Assembly (NCBI GenBank): GCA_042408215.1
Contig: JAYFMW010000017.1
Coordinates: 256,001-320,000 of the forward strand
Length of the DNA stretch: 64,000 nt
DNA from: Microcoleus sp.
Lineage (GTDB): Bacteria; Cyanobacteriota; Cyanobacteriia; Cyanobacteriales; Microcoleaceae
Direction: 5' to 3'
Both the position numbers and the translations under genes were made by a program. This document shows, in pieces, positions 1-10,820 of this stretch (the first letter of the stretch is position 1; every line of letters starts with the position of its first letter). The notes under the pieces are model-generated. The model worked only from the letters and a program-made list of their open reading frames with translations. It was not told where the DNA came from and made no database searches.

Positions 1-195
1 CAATTGCAAATGCCACCGAGTTTGCTTGCGATCGTCTATGCAGTAGATTAAATCTCCCCCTGGTGTAAACAGAGCAATGCCTTTGAAAAATTTGGGCAAG
101 GTTGGGCGATCGGCTTTCAATGAAGTACACCAATAACAGTTAACAATTAACAGTTAACAGTTAACAATTAACAGTTAACTGTTAATTCTCGATTT

Positions 196-1533
196 TTAAA
201 CTCTACCTCGAAGCATTTGGGCCATTTCGTTAGGAGATGGGGACTGTTCGAGACAAATCTCCTCGGTGACACGACCCTCTTGATATAGCCCGTAAAGACA
301 CTTATTCATCGTCGTCATACCCTCATAGGTATCCTTGATCATGATTTGGTTAATTTCTTCACTCTGCCCCTTCATGATGTATTCCTTAACCACGTCAGTA
401 TTGATCAGAATGTCGTGGTAGGCTGCCCGCTTGCCGTCTGTGGTTTTGCACAGCATTTGAGCGATGATTGCCAATAGAGATTCAGCCATCGAAACCCGTA
501 GAGCCGGTTGCTCTTCGGAATTGAACATATCCAGAATCCGGTTCAGGGTTTTGACAGCGCTGTTGGTGTGCAGCGTCCCCGCTACCAAGTGACCCGTTTG
601 GGCCGCTTTCAGGGCGATTTCCACTGTTTCTCTGTCGCGAATTTCCCCTACTAGCATCATGTCTGGGTCTTGTCGCAGGGCCCCTTTCAGGGCGTTGACA
701 AACTTGAGGGTGTGTCGGCCCACTTCCCGGTGCTTGATCAAAGATTTTTTACTGGTGTGTACAAATTCTACAGGGTCTTCAATCGTGATGATGTGGTGAG
801 AATTATTCTTGTTGATGTAGTCAATCATGGCGGCCATTGTGGTGGACTTACCGGAACCAGTCGGCCCTGTCACCAAAATTAGACCTTTGTGATAGCCACA
901 TATTTTCCGAAACACCTCCGGTAGCTTCAATTGCTCCATTGTCAAAATTTCGGCCGGGATGAGCCGCAATACCATAGCAGGGCCGGCCAAAGAGTCAAAG
1001 GCGCTGATCCGAATGCGGACGAAACCAAAGTCGAAAGCGCCGTCAAAGTCCAGGTTTTTCTGGAAGTAGGCAATTTCTTCATCAGTCATGCACTCCCGCA
1101 GCCAACCCATAAAGACATCTAAATCAGTCGTTGGATAACCCGCATCGGTAATCTCACCGCGTTTGCGGAAGCGGGGGATCTCATTTACTCCCAAGTGCAA
1201 GTCAGAAATGCCTTCTTCTTTGGCTCGCTGGACGAGCTGTCTCAAAGTCGGGTTTCCGTTGTTTTCTGAGCTTGAGCTGACGGGCGTGGCCAAGGATTGG
1301 GGGGCTGGTGCAGCAGTCGCCGGTGGCGCGGGGGGAGCCGCTGGTGCAGCAGTCGCCGCTGGTGCGGGGGGAGCCGCCGCTGGTGCGGGGGGAGCCGCTG
1401 GTGGTGCTGGTGGCGGTGCTGGTGGCGCTCCTGCTGCTCTGGGAATGCCTGGAGCTGGAGGGCGTGGCATACCTGGGGGTGGGGGAGCACCGGGTGCGGG
1501 GGGGCGGGGAGCTGGCGGTGGCTGTTGTGTCAT
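196..1533 (-). CDS. pilT: Type IV pilus retraction ATPase, PilT2-like, with Pro/Ala-rich N-terminal extension
   Basis: Walker A GPTGSGKST, TIEDPVE Asp box, LVGEIRD Walker B, TLHTN His box; Pro-rich N-terminus and no AIRNLIRE motif, as in cyanobacterial PilT2. Confidence 0.9.
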   Translation of the reverse strand: MTQQPPPAPRPPAPGAPPPPGMPRPPAPGIPRAAGAPPAPPPAPPAAPPAPAAAPPAPAATAAPAAPPAPPATAAPAPQSLATPVSSSSENNGNPTLRQLVQRAKEEGISDLHLGVNEIPRFRKRGEITDAGYPTTDLDVFMGWLRECMTDEEIAYFQKNLDFDGAFDFGFVRIRISAFDSLAGPAMVLRLIPAEILTMEQLKLPEVFRKICGYHKGLILVTGPTGSGKSTTMAAMIDYINKNNSHHIITIEDPVEFVHTSKKSLIKHREVGRHTLKFVNALKGALRQDPDMMLVGEIRDRETVEIALKAAQTGHLVAGTLHTNSAVKTLNRILDMFNSEEQPALRVSMAESLLAIIAQMLCKTTDGKRAAYHDILINTDVVKEYIMKGQSEEINQIMIKDTYEGMTTMNKCLYGLYQEGRVTEEICLEQSPSPNEMAQMLRGRV

Positions 1534-1971
1534 AAAAAAGTTCGGTATGTGGGAAACTCAGTGGCTTGAGCTTAGAGAGGGAAACGACACGAGTGGTTTT
1601 AACCACCGTGAATCTTTTTTGTCCATTACCGCCTTGGGATTACTTGATTCGGTGTACTTTTGTAATGTACTTTCAGTGGGACAATTACCATTTCAAATTT
1701 CGCAATCCTGTACGCATAATGGTTTGCTCTTTTATAGCCTCCCTTGCGGGGTAATGTTCGCTTCGACCTGGTTATAAAGGCTTGTGAGACCTGCAACACT
1801 GTTTCAGTGACTTTAAAACTGTTTAATTGCAGATGACAGAGCTCTTAACTAGCGTCGCATTCAGAGGTGTCGTGACCTAAATAACGTTTACCTATTACTA
1901 GGTGGTCTGGTCAGTACAGCTTGCTCGATTACTCTTACAAGCTCAGTCCCGGAGCGGGCTGAGTTACTGAC
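1534..1971 (-). mobile_element. Non-autonomous IS200/IS605 (IscB-type) element lacking an intact ORF
   Basis: Diverged homolog of 10821-11192; both follow TCAT and end in TGAC on the + strand; subterminal hairpins at both ends. Confidence 0.85.
1738..1971 (-). ncRNA. HEARO / IscB omegaRNA scaffold, copy 1
   Basis: Minus strand GTCAGTAACTCAGCCC..GGGACTGAGCTTG..TGACCAG..ACGTTA..GACACC..ATGC..CTAGT..GCTCTGTC..TTAAACAG..CAGTG..CGAAGC..CATTACCCCGCAAGGGAG follows HEARO motif order; stems covary with copy 2. Confidence 0.8.
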
Positions 1972-2267
1972 GCGCTACCTTAAAGTTGGCGAGCAGGCGG
2001 ACTCGCTCGGATGATTTGCGGAAGTCTGGGAATGCTGAACGCGATTGTGAGTGTCTTGCACAAAAGCTTAACTGTTGAAATTAGTCTATCTCAAGAGCGA
2101 GTCAAACTGCTGCACCTGAACGGGAATATTCTTCCCTTTGCCCAATGCGATCGCCATCAATATAGGATAAGTAATGGATTTTCTACGTCTCTTGAGATTT
2201 TTTTTAGGTTCAGAGTTTTCACCGATCAAAAAGTATAAATTGTTACCGCTATTTCTATTTTAAGGAA

Positions 2268-3677
2268 TTGGATCAAATGAATTCTGTTGATTGGGCTTTG
2301 ACTCCGGCTCTGGAATTGGCGAAGTCGATCCGCACTCTTGAGGTGTCGCCGATCGAACTTGTCAACCTGTACTTGGAACGGATCGATCGACTAAACCCTC
2401 AACTGGGCAGTTATTTTACCGTGACAGCCGATCGCGCGATCGCCCTGGCCAAATCCCAAACAGAGCAACTAGCTGGGTTAAACAAGCTGCAAGAATTGCC
2501 ACCTTTTTTCGGAGTTCCGATCGCCATTAAAGACTTGACACCAGTGACCGGCGTTCCCTGTACCTATGGCACCCAGGCTCTACAAGGCAATATCTCTGGC
2601 TACGACGAGTCAGTAGTATGGCGGATCAAAGCAGCAGGATTTAACATTCTGGGCAAAACCGCAACAGCTCAGATTGGCTCCTTACCCTACACCGAACCAG
2701 AAGGTTTCCCACCGGCGCGCAATCCCTGGAACCCAGATTACACAGCAGGAGGTTCCAGTGGAGGCTCAGCGGCGGCTGTAGCGGCGGGTTTATGCGCGAT
2801 CGCCCAGGGTTCAGACGGCGGCGGTTCAATTCGAGGTCCGGCATCCTGCTGCGGTTTAGTGGGCATTAAACCCTCGCGGGGGCGCGTTTCCTGGGCACCT
2901 GTGGGAGATTATCTGAGCGGCATTTCTGCCAACGGCCCGATCGCTCGCACAGTGGCCGATGCGGCTGCACTTTTAGATGTAATGTCAGGCTACACAACCG
3001 GCGATCCCTACTGGCTCCCAGATCCAAATCCCACGTTTCTAGAGGCTGCAAGTCAAAAGTTGGGCAAGCTGCGAATTGCTTTTTCTACCGCTGTTTTCCC
3101 TGTGGGCGAGGCATCGCCTGTGTGTCAGCAAGCGGTACTCGATACCGTAAAATTACTGACTGATTTGGGTCACGATGTAGAACCTGGATGCCCGGATTTT
3201 ACAGGTTTGATCGAGCCGTTTACGGCAATTTGGCAGTCTGGGGCGGCAGCCAGTGGAATTCCGGCACCTGCTTTGGAACCGATGAATCGCTGGCTGTTGG
3301 AAAGAACTATTTCGGCTGGGGAGTATTTGCGGGCTGTGAATCAAATGCAGGTGATTTCGCGGCGGATTGTGGGATTTTTTCAGAATTTTGACCTGTTAGT
3401 TTTGCCGACTTATATGCACTCGCCAATTCGGATTGGTGAGTGGGCGGATTTGAGTTGTGAAGAAACTTTGGCTAATATTGTGAATTGGATTGCTCCATGT
3501 CCACCGTTTAATGCTAGTGGCCAACCGGCGATCGCACTTCCTGCGATTTTAGATTCTCATGGTTTGCCGGTGGGAATTCAAATTATCGGCCGGCCAGCGG
3601 CGGAAGCAACTTTAATTGCTTTGGCGGCGCAGATGGAAGCAGCAAAACCTTTTCCGATTTTAAATTTTGACAGCTAA
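2268..3677 (+). CDS. Amidase signature family protein
   Basis: GVPIAIKD, GGSSGGSAAAV, GSDGGGSIRGPA motifs. Confidence 0.92.
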   Translation: MDQMNSVDWALTPALELAKSIRTLEVSPIELVNLYLERIDRLNPQLGSYFTVTADRAIALAKSQTEQLAGLNKLQELPPFFGVPIAIKDLTPVTGVPCTYGTQALQGNISGYDESVVWRIKAAGFNILGKTATAQIGSLPYTEPEGFPPARNPWNPDYTAGGSSGGSAAAVAAGLCAIAQGSDGGGSIRGPASCCGLVGIKPSRGRVSWAPVGDYLSGISANGPIARTVADAAALLDVMSGYTTGDPYWLPDPNPTFLEAASQKLGKLRIAFSTAVFPVGEASPVCQQAVLDTVKLLTDLGHDVEPGCPDFTGLIEPFTAIWQSGAAASGIPAPALEPMNRWLLERTISAGEYLRAVNQMQVISRRIVGFFQNFDLLVLPTYMHSPIRIGEWADLSCEETLANIVNWIAPCPPFNASGQPAIALPAILDSHGLPVGIQIIGRPAAEATLIALAAQMEAAKPFPILNFDS

Positions 3678-3692
3678 TAATGTAATTTAACC

Positions 3693-4154
3693 ATGATTAT
3701 CAATCCTGAAAATGTGCCGAATAGTATCGGATCGAATTATCCTCAGCAATTCAAATCTGCTGTTTCGGGAAGAGTCAAAAAACGATTGGGCGATGCTGCG
3801 GGATTGAAGAATTTTGGCGTAAATTTAGTGCGGCTTGCACCGGGAAGTTGTTCTGCTCTCAGACACTGGCATACTTGTCAAGATGAGTTAATCTATGTTC
3901 TGGAAGGGGATGTTTCTTTGGTCACGAATTCGGGAGAGCAAGTGCTAAAACCGGGCATGGTGGCTGGTTTTCCGGCTGGTGATGCAGATGGGCATCATTT
4001 AGTCAATCGCACGAATTCAGATGTTGTTTATCTGGAAATTGGCGCTCGCACTTTGGGCGATGAAGTCACTTATCCCGATGATGACTTAATTGCCAAATTT
4101 ATCGGGAACAATTGGATATTTGGACACAAAAACGGCGATATTTATGAGGATTAA
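3693..4154 (+). CDS. Cupin domain protein
   Basis: HWH..DELIYVLEG and GFPAG..GHHL cupin motifs. Confidence 0.88.
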   Translation: MIINPENVPNSIGSNYPQQFKSAVSGRVKKRLGDAAGLKNFGVNLVRLAPGSCSALRHWHTCQDELIYVLEGDVSLVTNSGEQVLKPGMVAGFPAGDADGHHLVNRTNSDVVYLEIGARTLGDEVTYPDDDLIAKFIGNNWIFGHKNGDIYED

Positions 4155-4160
4155 AAAATT

Positions 4161-4820
4161 ATGAGTCAAGTCAATCTTTGGACTTCGGCGGAACACGCTT
4201 TGTGGTATCTCGCTAAAGCCGATAGTATCCCCCACCGCACGGAAGGTGAAGCTGTACTTTTGGGGGAAGTTCCGAAAAATGTCAAGCGGATTCTGGATGT
4301 GGGTACGGGAGATGGGCGTTTGTTGGGTTTGCTTAAGTGCGATCGGCCAAATGTTCAAAGTGTGGCGATCGACTTTTCGCCTACAATGTTGGAAAAAGTC
4401 AGAACTCGTTTTGCTGAAGACCAAAATGTCACAATAATCGAACATAATTTTGATGACTCGTTGCCGGATTTGGGCAAGTTTGATGCGGTTGTTTCTAGTT
4501 TTGCCATACACCATGTAGAGGACGATCGCAAACGTTCCCTTTACGCCGAGATTTTCAACCTCTTAGAACCGGGAGGCATCTTTTGCAATTTAGAGCACGT
4601 CGCTTCAGCAACTCCGGCTTTGCATCAGAAATTTCGAGAAGCACTTGGTATTAGCGATAGACCAGACGATCCGTCTAATAAATTGCTCGATGTCGAAACA
4701 CAATTGCGCTGGTTTAGAGAAATTGGTTTTACCGATGCAGATTGTTATTGGAAGTGGCGGGAACTAGCTTTGTTAGTTGGGGTGAAACCTGTTGACAAAA
4801 ATTTACCTAAACCTTCTTAA
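4161..4820 (+). CDS. Class I SAM-dependent methyltransferase
   Basis: ILDVGTGDG motif I, DFSPTML, FDAVVSSFAIHH, LEPGG. Confidence 0.9.
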   Translation: MSQVNLWTSAEHALWYLAKADSIPHRTEGEAVLLGEVPKNVKRILDVGTGDGRLLGLLKCDRPNVQSVAIDFSPTMLEKVRTRFAEDQNVTIIEHNFDDSLPDLGKFDAVVSSFAIHHVEDDRKRSLYAEIFNLLEPGGIFCNLEHVASATPALHQKFREALGISDRPDDPSNKLLDVETQLRWFREIGFTDADCYWKWRELALLVGVKPVDKNLPKPS

Positions 4821-4902
4821 ATCTCTCCAAAGACTACGCTATAATAGCTAGATGAGTAAGTAGCCCAGCTCTCAAGAAATCGCTCAAAAACTGTTACCAG
4901 AT

Positions 4903-5118
4903 ATGTACGCCATCAAGCTTGAAATCAAACTTACAGCAATTCCCGCTGTTATGAAACACGGTAGGGACACGGCAATGCCGTGTCCCTAGGAGGATTGAAC
5001 GATAAGTGAGTGTACCTCATAACAGCGGTTTCCGCTGTAATAACAAGGAACGTACCTTGATGGCGCGACATTCTGGCAAGACCAAGATTTTGCTACAATT
5101 ACGCCTTAGCCCTCTATC
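4903..5118 (+). pseudogene. tnpB 5' relic (N-terminal HTH) interrupted by a MITE
   Basis: Removing 4934-5037 plus one TA gives MYAIKLEIKLNNKERTLMARHSG, then RFCYNYALALY after a frameshift; resembles TnpB/OrfB N-termini. Confidence 0.7.
4934..5037. mobile_element. TA-flanked MITE with internal GTAGGGACACGGCAATGCCGTGTCCCTA REP-like hairpin
   Basis: Imperfect terminal inverted repeats CAGC..CGCTGTTATGA / TCATAACAGCG..GCTG; TA on both sides. Confidence 0.75.
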
Positions 5119-5875
5119 ATATCAATTCCGGTTGCACTCAGAGATGATTGTTGACGGTTGACGTTTGACCGTTGACAGTTAACAGTTAACAGTTAACAGT
5201 TAACAGTTAACTGTTGACCGTTGACAGTTAACAGTTAACTCAAATTTACTATTCCGATGAAGAGAGGATTTGAGATCGAGGAGCTAAAGACTTTCCTGGT
5301 AGTAGTAGCAAAATAATAGTACGGTTCACGATCAGACATGGACTGAGAAACTGTTATAAAGATTACCTATTGGGGGTCTGCTAATTTTTGACTTAGGCTT
5401 TTTAAACTTTACTTGGTTTGATGCCGAAAACTTTTTCAGAACGAGGATGAGAAATAAAATAGCTGAGAAAGTTACTGGTATCTTGTCGAGTGGAACTCTA
5501 TAAAGATGAGAAGATCAAAATGGGTAAGTACCGCTCGAATCCCTGTAACCATTAGGTTCGGTTAGTATCTGTGCTATGGGGAAAAACTTGGTACTATAGC
5601 CTTTCTCAGTAACAGTGTGGTGCACGCTTGATATAGGGCATAGGGGATTGGGCATAGGGCATAGGGCATAGGGCATCGGCTTGTACCTCATGGGGTTGAA
5701 AACCGCTAGATCCACCCGGTCACGAAAGCGGCCCCCCCTGAGCGAAGCGTTGGACGCTCGCCCAAGGACTACGCTCAGGATCAACTCCGCCGAAGTGTCG
5801 AACGGGTAGCCGAAGTGTTCCGAGAAACCGGGTTTTTTTGGCCTTAGTCCCTAAACTAATCAGCCGGACATGATA

Positions 5876-7312
5876 TCACTCGTCGGCAGTTAAAACTGAA
5901 TCTGGCTGCTGCGGATTGCTGTAAAAACTAGCAATAATTGCCACCATCAACCACCAGAGCATATTGACTTCCGGCCTATACCAAACAGTATCGACAAAAC
6001 CGTGGGCCATCATGCCGGCTAAAGTTGCGATCGCCCCAATCAACCAAAACCCCTGATTCGATTGGAGATTTGGATAGTTTTCGGTCAAGTTAGAACTGCT
6101 AAATTGCGCGTCACGCAATCTTTTGATTTGCAACAAACCTTGATTTACTGTTACTGTCAGCAGCCACAGAAAACAACTCAAACCGATAAAACCTGTTTCT
6201 ACGGCAATTTCTAGCAGCACTGAATAAGCGCTCAAAGCAGTGAACTTCGGCTTCATATAAAGCGGATAAACTTTATTAAAGGCAGTGTTTCCGGGGCCAA
6301 TTCCGAGAATTGGTCGATCGCGAATCATGTCAATCACCGCTGTCCAAACATTAATCCGAAAATTGTTACTGCTGTCGCCGCGGCCGATAAACATACTGGA
6401 AACTCGATCGCGCACGGGTTCCACCAAAGCCACTCCCAAAATTAACGCCCCAGCCAAACCTCCTAACCCTAACGGTAGAGCCCATTGCCGCCAAAACTTG
6501 GGCATCAAAGGATTGTACCAATACCACAGCAGCACTAAAAACACCACAAGTAAAGCTACAAAACCAATCCAAGCGCCCCTGCTGTCGGTGTAGCGCAAAC
6601 AGGCGCAATTCACCACCAACATCGTCAGCGCCAAAGCTCTAGTTGCCGATCCCTTCCACACAAAAAGTGCGGCTGCGCTGAATGCAATTGCTGGTAGCAG
6701 ATAGGAACCAAGCAGGTTGGGATTACCTAAAAAGCTGTAAACCCGCGTGACATTGGCTTGAGTAGAAGTTGGATCGTTCCAAGTAGCCAGCGGTGGCACT
6801 TTATCGATCCACTGTCGCACGCCGTAGAAACTGACGATGAGAGCGACGTTCAAATACACGGCGATTAACCACGAGCGTAAACGGGGCGATCGCAATATCC
6901 TCGCCATTAGCCCAAAAAACAGCAAATACAGCGTCAACTTCGTCCAGCCGGTAAAAGCGGCCGCCTTTACCGGAGACATCGCGGTTGCTACCGTCGCAAT
7001 GCCCCAGTAGAGCATTACCAGCAGGTGAATGGGTGTCAGGGCGATCGCGCGATCGTCCGAAACAGTCAGCAGCACCCAAAAAGCAGCACAAGCCGCCATC
7101 AACACACCCACTAGGGCATTGTTGACAAAGGGGCCTAAGCCAAACGTCAAAGCAAGCAAAACAAAACCTAGCGGTTCCGCCCACTGCATTAGCCAGCTAC
7201 TCTGCCGCCAACTTCGCGCATTGCCGATCGCTACATTCAATAAATAACTTCCACTTTGCCACTGTAAGAGCGGCAAATTTGTCAGAGTTAACTGTTGCCA
7301 AACTGAATTCAT
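5876..7312 (-). CDS. ictB: IctB family membrane protein (O-antigen ligase-like)
   Basis: MNSVWQQLTL start, RVYSFLGNPNLL, SRGAW, DSSNNFRINVW, GIGPGN, DTVWYRP; start set at the internal Met. Confidence 0.9.
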   Translation of the reverse strand: MNSVWQQLTLTNLPLLQWQSGSYLLNVAIGNARSWRQSSWLMQWAEPLGFVLLALTFGLGPFVNNALVGVLMAACAAFWVLLTVSDDRAIALTPIHLLVMLYWGIATVATAMSPVKAAAFTGWTKLTLYLLFFGLMARILRSPRLRSWLIAVYLNVALIVSFYGVRQWIDKVPPLATWNDPTSTQANVTRVYSFLGNPNLLGSYLLPAIAFSAAALFVWKGSATRALALTMLVVNCACLRYTDSRGAWIGFVALLVVFLVLLWYWYNPLMPKFWRQWALPLGLGGLAGALILGVALVEPVRDRVSSMFIGRGDSSNNFRINVWTAVIDMIRDRPILGIGPGNTAFNKVYPLYMKPKFTALSAYSVLLEIAVETGFIGLSCFLWLLTVTVNQGLLQIKRLRDAQFSSSNLTENYPNLQSNQGFWLIGAIATLAGMMAHGFVDTVWYRPEVNMLWWLMVAIIASFYSNPQQPDSVLTADE

Positions 7313-7579
7313 TTCAATTTTTATGGTAATTGGTAATGGGGAATTGGGCATCTGTAATATCATGTCCGGTTAATCAGTTATCATTCGAGTGCGAGCGTCC
7401 CGCTCGCGAGCGAGACGCTCGCACTCCGAAATAAATATAAGCGATCGCCCGGACTTGATATAATTGGTAATCGGTAATCGGTTATTGGAAGTTAGAACAA
7501 CAAATAACCACTAACAAATAACCACTAACAAATAACCACTAACTAATGACTAATGACTAATGACTAATGACTTCTTCCT

Positions 7580-8473
7580 TCATCCTTCCAACAACTCCGT
7601 AGCATTTGTGCAGGGGAGCCAGAGCAGGTAGCGATACCCTGATTCCGGCGATCCTTGAATCGAGAGTTGGCCGCCTTGAATTTCCACCAACTGGCAGCTC
7701 ATGAGCAGCCCCAAACGTTCCCTATCCCCGTAGCCAGCTAACAGCGGTGCAGTATCCGCCGCCTGAGCCGCCATCGAGGCCGCCAACTCTGAGAAGGAAA
7801 GGGTTAATCGTTCTTGATTCTGTGCCGACAGAGGTAGTGGCGATCCGAGTCCGAGTTCCCTGTTGTCCGAGTTCGATTCTGAACTCTGACCCGATCGGGC
7901 TTTCCACAAGTAGTCGGAGTAGAGTTTAGCATGGGGCAAACTTTCTCCCAACCAAGGGTGAAAAACCCAAACTCCGATGTTGATTCCGTCTTCTTTCCGA
8001 GAAACGTGCACTCGAATTACGCTACCAGCCCCAGCAGATTGAATGACACTAAAAATTAAGTGGTGTAGCATTTGCTGAACTTTATCCTTATCCGCCAGCC
8101 AAATCCGCGGACCGGGGCCCATAGACAGGTTAATTTCTTGCTCTCGTCTAGAAGCTGGCTGCAACAGGGTAGTCACTACCTGCTGGCACAAAGTTTCTAT
8201 ATCGACGGCGCTCCGCTTTAGGGTGAAACTGGATTCATGCAATTCTGTGAGTTCCAAAATTTCTTCGACTAGCGATCGCAAAGACCGGCTGCTGTCTTGG
8301 ATCACGTCGATATATTCTTTTTGCTTGCTCGTTAGGGGCCCGTAAATTTCTTGGCTCAACACACTTGCCATGCCCATAACTGAAGTGAGCGGGGTGAGCA
8401 ATTCTTGCGCCAAATAATTCAGCAGTTTTACCTTAATTGAGTTAGTAGACAAATCGATCGGTTTGTTAGTCAT
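7580..8473 (-). CDS. HisKA/HATPase-like protein with the phospho-acceptor His replaced by Gln
   Basis: LAQELLTPLTSV H-box variant; ADKDKVQQMLHHL N-box; degenerate G boxes; no sensor domain. Confidence 0.75.
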   Translation of the reverse strand: MTNKPIDLSTNSIKVKLLNYLAQELLTPLTSVMGMASVLSQEIYGPLTSKQKEYIDVIQDSSRSLRSLVEEILELTELHESSFTLKRSAVDIETLCQQVVTTLLQPASRREQEINLSMGPGPRIWLADKDKVQQMLHHLIFSVIQSAGAGSVIRVHVSRKEDGINIGVWVFHPWLGESLPHAKLYSDYLWKARSGQSSESNSDNRELGLGSPLPLSAQNQERLTLSFSELAASMAAQAADTAPLLAGYGDRERLGLLMSCQLVEIQGGQLSIQGSPESGYRYLLWLPCTNATELLEG

Positions 8474-8659
8474 TGGTGATTTTTATGGCTTTATTATCGA
8501 TCGTTTATTGTTAGGGGTTTATTCGACCTCTTTCCCAAGTCTATAACAACTTGTTTGCAGTTGCAGACATCAGTCTTTTTTTTTCTAACTATTCTAGGTC
8601 GAGGGTGCTTAGGTTGCACCCTACCTCTGTTCATTTTGTTTGTTTAGCTCGAAATTAAC

Positions 8660-9086
8660 CAATCACCAATTCCCAATTCCTAATTCCCAATTCCCAATTC
8701 CCAATACTTCGGCGTAGTTGCTCCTGAGCCCTTCGGCTACGCTCAGGAGCAACGCAGTCGTTGGGCGGTTCCTGAACCCTTCGACGCAGTTTACCCGCTC
8801 GCGAATTCGAAGGGCTCAGGGGCCACGTAGTCGAAGGGCAGTACAAGTTCCCAATTCCCAATTCCCCATTCCCAATTCCCCATTCCCAATTCCCAATTCC
8901 CAATTCCCAATTCCCCATTCCCCATTCCCAATTCCCAATTCCCAATTCCCAATTCCCCATTCCCAATTCCCAATTCCCAATTCCCCATTCCCCATTCCCA
9001 ATTCCCAAGTCCCAATGCCCAATTCCCAATGCCCAATTCCCAATTCCCAATTCCCAATTCCCAATTCCCAATTCCCAATTCCCAAT
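8660..9086. repeat. STRR heptamer array (CCCAATT/CCCCATT) with an embedded REP-like palindrome cluster at about 8707-8840
   Basis: Dozens of tandem heptamers; embedded CTGAGCCCTTCGGCTACGCTCAGG-type hairpins. Confidence 0.9.
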
Positions 9087-9088
9087 GA

Positions 9089-10531
9089 CTAATTAATCAT
9101 TCCTTCTAAAGCTGATTGTAAGTCTTGAGTGAGTTCGGCAACTGCTAACCTGCGGCTGCTTTGATATCCTTCCCAGCGATCGTCCACTGATATTGGCTCA
9201 CCCACGGTCATTTTTACTTGCTGTTTGCCCAAATTCGGTCGCCCGAAAGGATTTCCCCCTTTGATGCGAGCAAGTACGTCCCACAGCAGTAAAGTTGTTT
9301 CTGCTAGCCGTTCTGCGGTCAGCTTTTCTTGCACATACCTGCCGGTAACGGACACAAAACTTTCTACGAGTCTCATGTGCCACATCCGGAGACTTGCTTC
9401 TTCGGCGAGTCGATCGGCTAATCCTCTTTCTAAGGGACAAAGCGCTGCAATATCTTTGATATCTTCTCGATAAATATAGTCCCAACCTGCTTGTTCCAAA
9501 CGGCGACAGCGGTCTATCAAACTGCCTTTTGGCTTCAAGTTGAAATACTCTTCTGCTACAAGTAGTGCCACGTCTAAAAGTGCTTGCAACCGATCGTTCA
9601 TAACTTGTTCTTTTTCCGAATCTCCTGCTGTTGCCTTGGGGATTTCCACGGGTATCGAAACAGAGATTTTTGGCGGTAATTTTTGATGGTAAAAACGGGT
9701 ATAAAACTGCTCCATTACTTCTAGTAAATGGCTGCCCAATCGAATTAGGCGCATATATTGGAAGTTGTGATTTGGGTCTTGTGAACCTAAAATCTTCCTC
9801 GAAAAATTGGCGTTATTGCTACTATCCAATGGTGGCAATCCGCAATCTGCTTCTAATTGAGTTAAAAGTTGTTTTAGGGGTTCCCAAGGTGGCTGGACAT
9901 AGCGGTATTGAATGCCGATCGGCACAATTAACACTTTTTCATTTCTGTCAGCTTTACGCAGATCTTCAACGCACCAGAAGCCCATTTGAGCAATCCCTGG
10001 TTCGAGGGGGCTCACTATTTCATTGTGACCGTTGGTGGCACCTTCTGGGGCGGCGGCGATCGGGAATTTGCTATTAGCAAATAAATCGCGGGCCGATCGC
10101 AATCCAGCTCGATCGATCTTACCGCGAACGATCGGAGTGCCGCCGAGGTGGGAATACAGCCAGCCGACGCCCGCACCAGCCCAGAGGGGAATGCCGCGAT
10201 CGTAAATAAAGTGCGAATGTACGGGGAATTGCAGGGGAATGCCTTGTTGCCGCGCTGAAGCAGGAACCAGTTTCCAAACCAGTTGTCCCAAACAGTAGGG
10301 ATCCTCTGAGTTGGGGTGGCGGAAGGCTAGCAGGAAGCGAACTTTCTGATTTTGAAATTGGTGAAAGAGTTCGGCGAGGGTTTCGACGTTTTCGGCTTGA
10401 ATGTCGCTGATACTTGTCCGAAATCGCAGCCACCAGGGGAGCAATTGCTGACAGCCAAGCACTACTAGGGGGTTGTAGGCTGGGGGTATGAATTCTAGCG
10501 GCGGCTGAACTTGGCTAATTGAATTGGGCAT
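9089..10531 (-). CDS. Cyanobacterial phospholipid/glycerol acyltransferase (PlsC superfamily)
   Basis: HxxxxD motif (RHPNSED), [13 protein letters not shown]. Confidence 0.85.
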   Translation of the reverse strand: MPNSISQVQPPLEFIPPAYNPLVVLGCQQLLPWWLRFRTSISDIQAENVETLAELFHQFQNQKVRFLLAFRHPNSEDPYCLGQLVWKLVPASARQQGIPLQFPVHSHFIYDRGIPLWAGAGVGWLYSHLGGTPIVRGKIDRAGLRSARDLFANSKFPIAAAPEGATNGHNEIVSPLEPGIAQMGFWCVEDLRKADRNEKVLIVPIGIQYRYVQPPWEPLKQLLTQLEADCGLPPLDSSNNANFSRKILGSQDPNHNFQYMRLIRLGSHLLEVMEQFYTRFYHQKLPPKISVSIPVEIPKATAGDSEKEQVMNDRLQALLDVALLVAEEYFNLKPKGSLIDRCRRLEQAGWDYIYREDIKDIAALCPLERGLADRLAEEASLRMWHMRLVESFVSVTGRYVQEKLTAERLAETTLLLWDVLARIKGGNPFGRPNLGKQQVKMTVGEPISVDDRWEGYQSSRRLAVAELTQDLQSALEGMIN

Positions 10532-10820
10532 TTGCGATTTGAGATTTGCGATTTGAGATTACTCGCCTGCGGTAAAAATTTCTGATTTTTACTTTTTTGC
10601 TATTCTAATAGATACCCGACTTCTTAAAGAAGTCGGGTATCTGGGTATTCTGTTTTTTTAGATGCGCCTCAGCTTATTAACCACAGAGGACACAGAGGAC
10701 GCAGAGGAAAAGAGGAAGAAAGAAGATGGATAATTTTACAGCCTGAAGTCAGCAATTTTTCCCCAATCCTAAATCTCAAATCCCAAATCTCAAATCCTAT
10801 TGTGCGGCTTGAAAAATCAT

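Noticed and set aside
1163..1777. 204-aa Gly/Ala-rich + strand ORF
   Set aside because: Antisense to the pilT Pro/Ala linker and runs into the inserted element
1534..1971. Self-splicing intron (IStron-like) interpretation of the omegaRNA elements
   Set aside because: No group I or group II core motifs recognised; left only as an RT-PCR test
8655..9092. ORFs reading GIGNWEL / PIPNSQF (also near 13580, 46880 and 51290)
   Set aside because: Translations of non-coding heptamer STRR tracts; they also falsely extend rpsR and the kinase N-terminus
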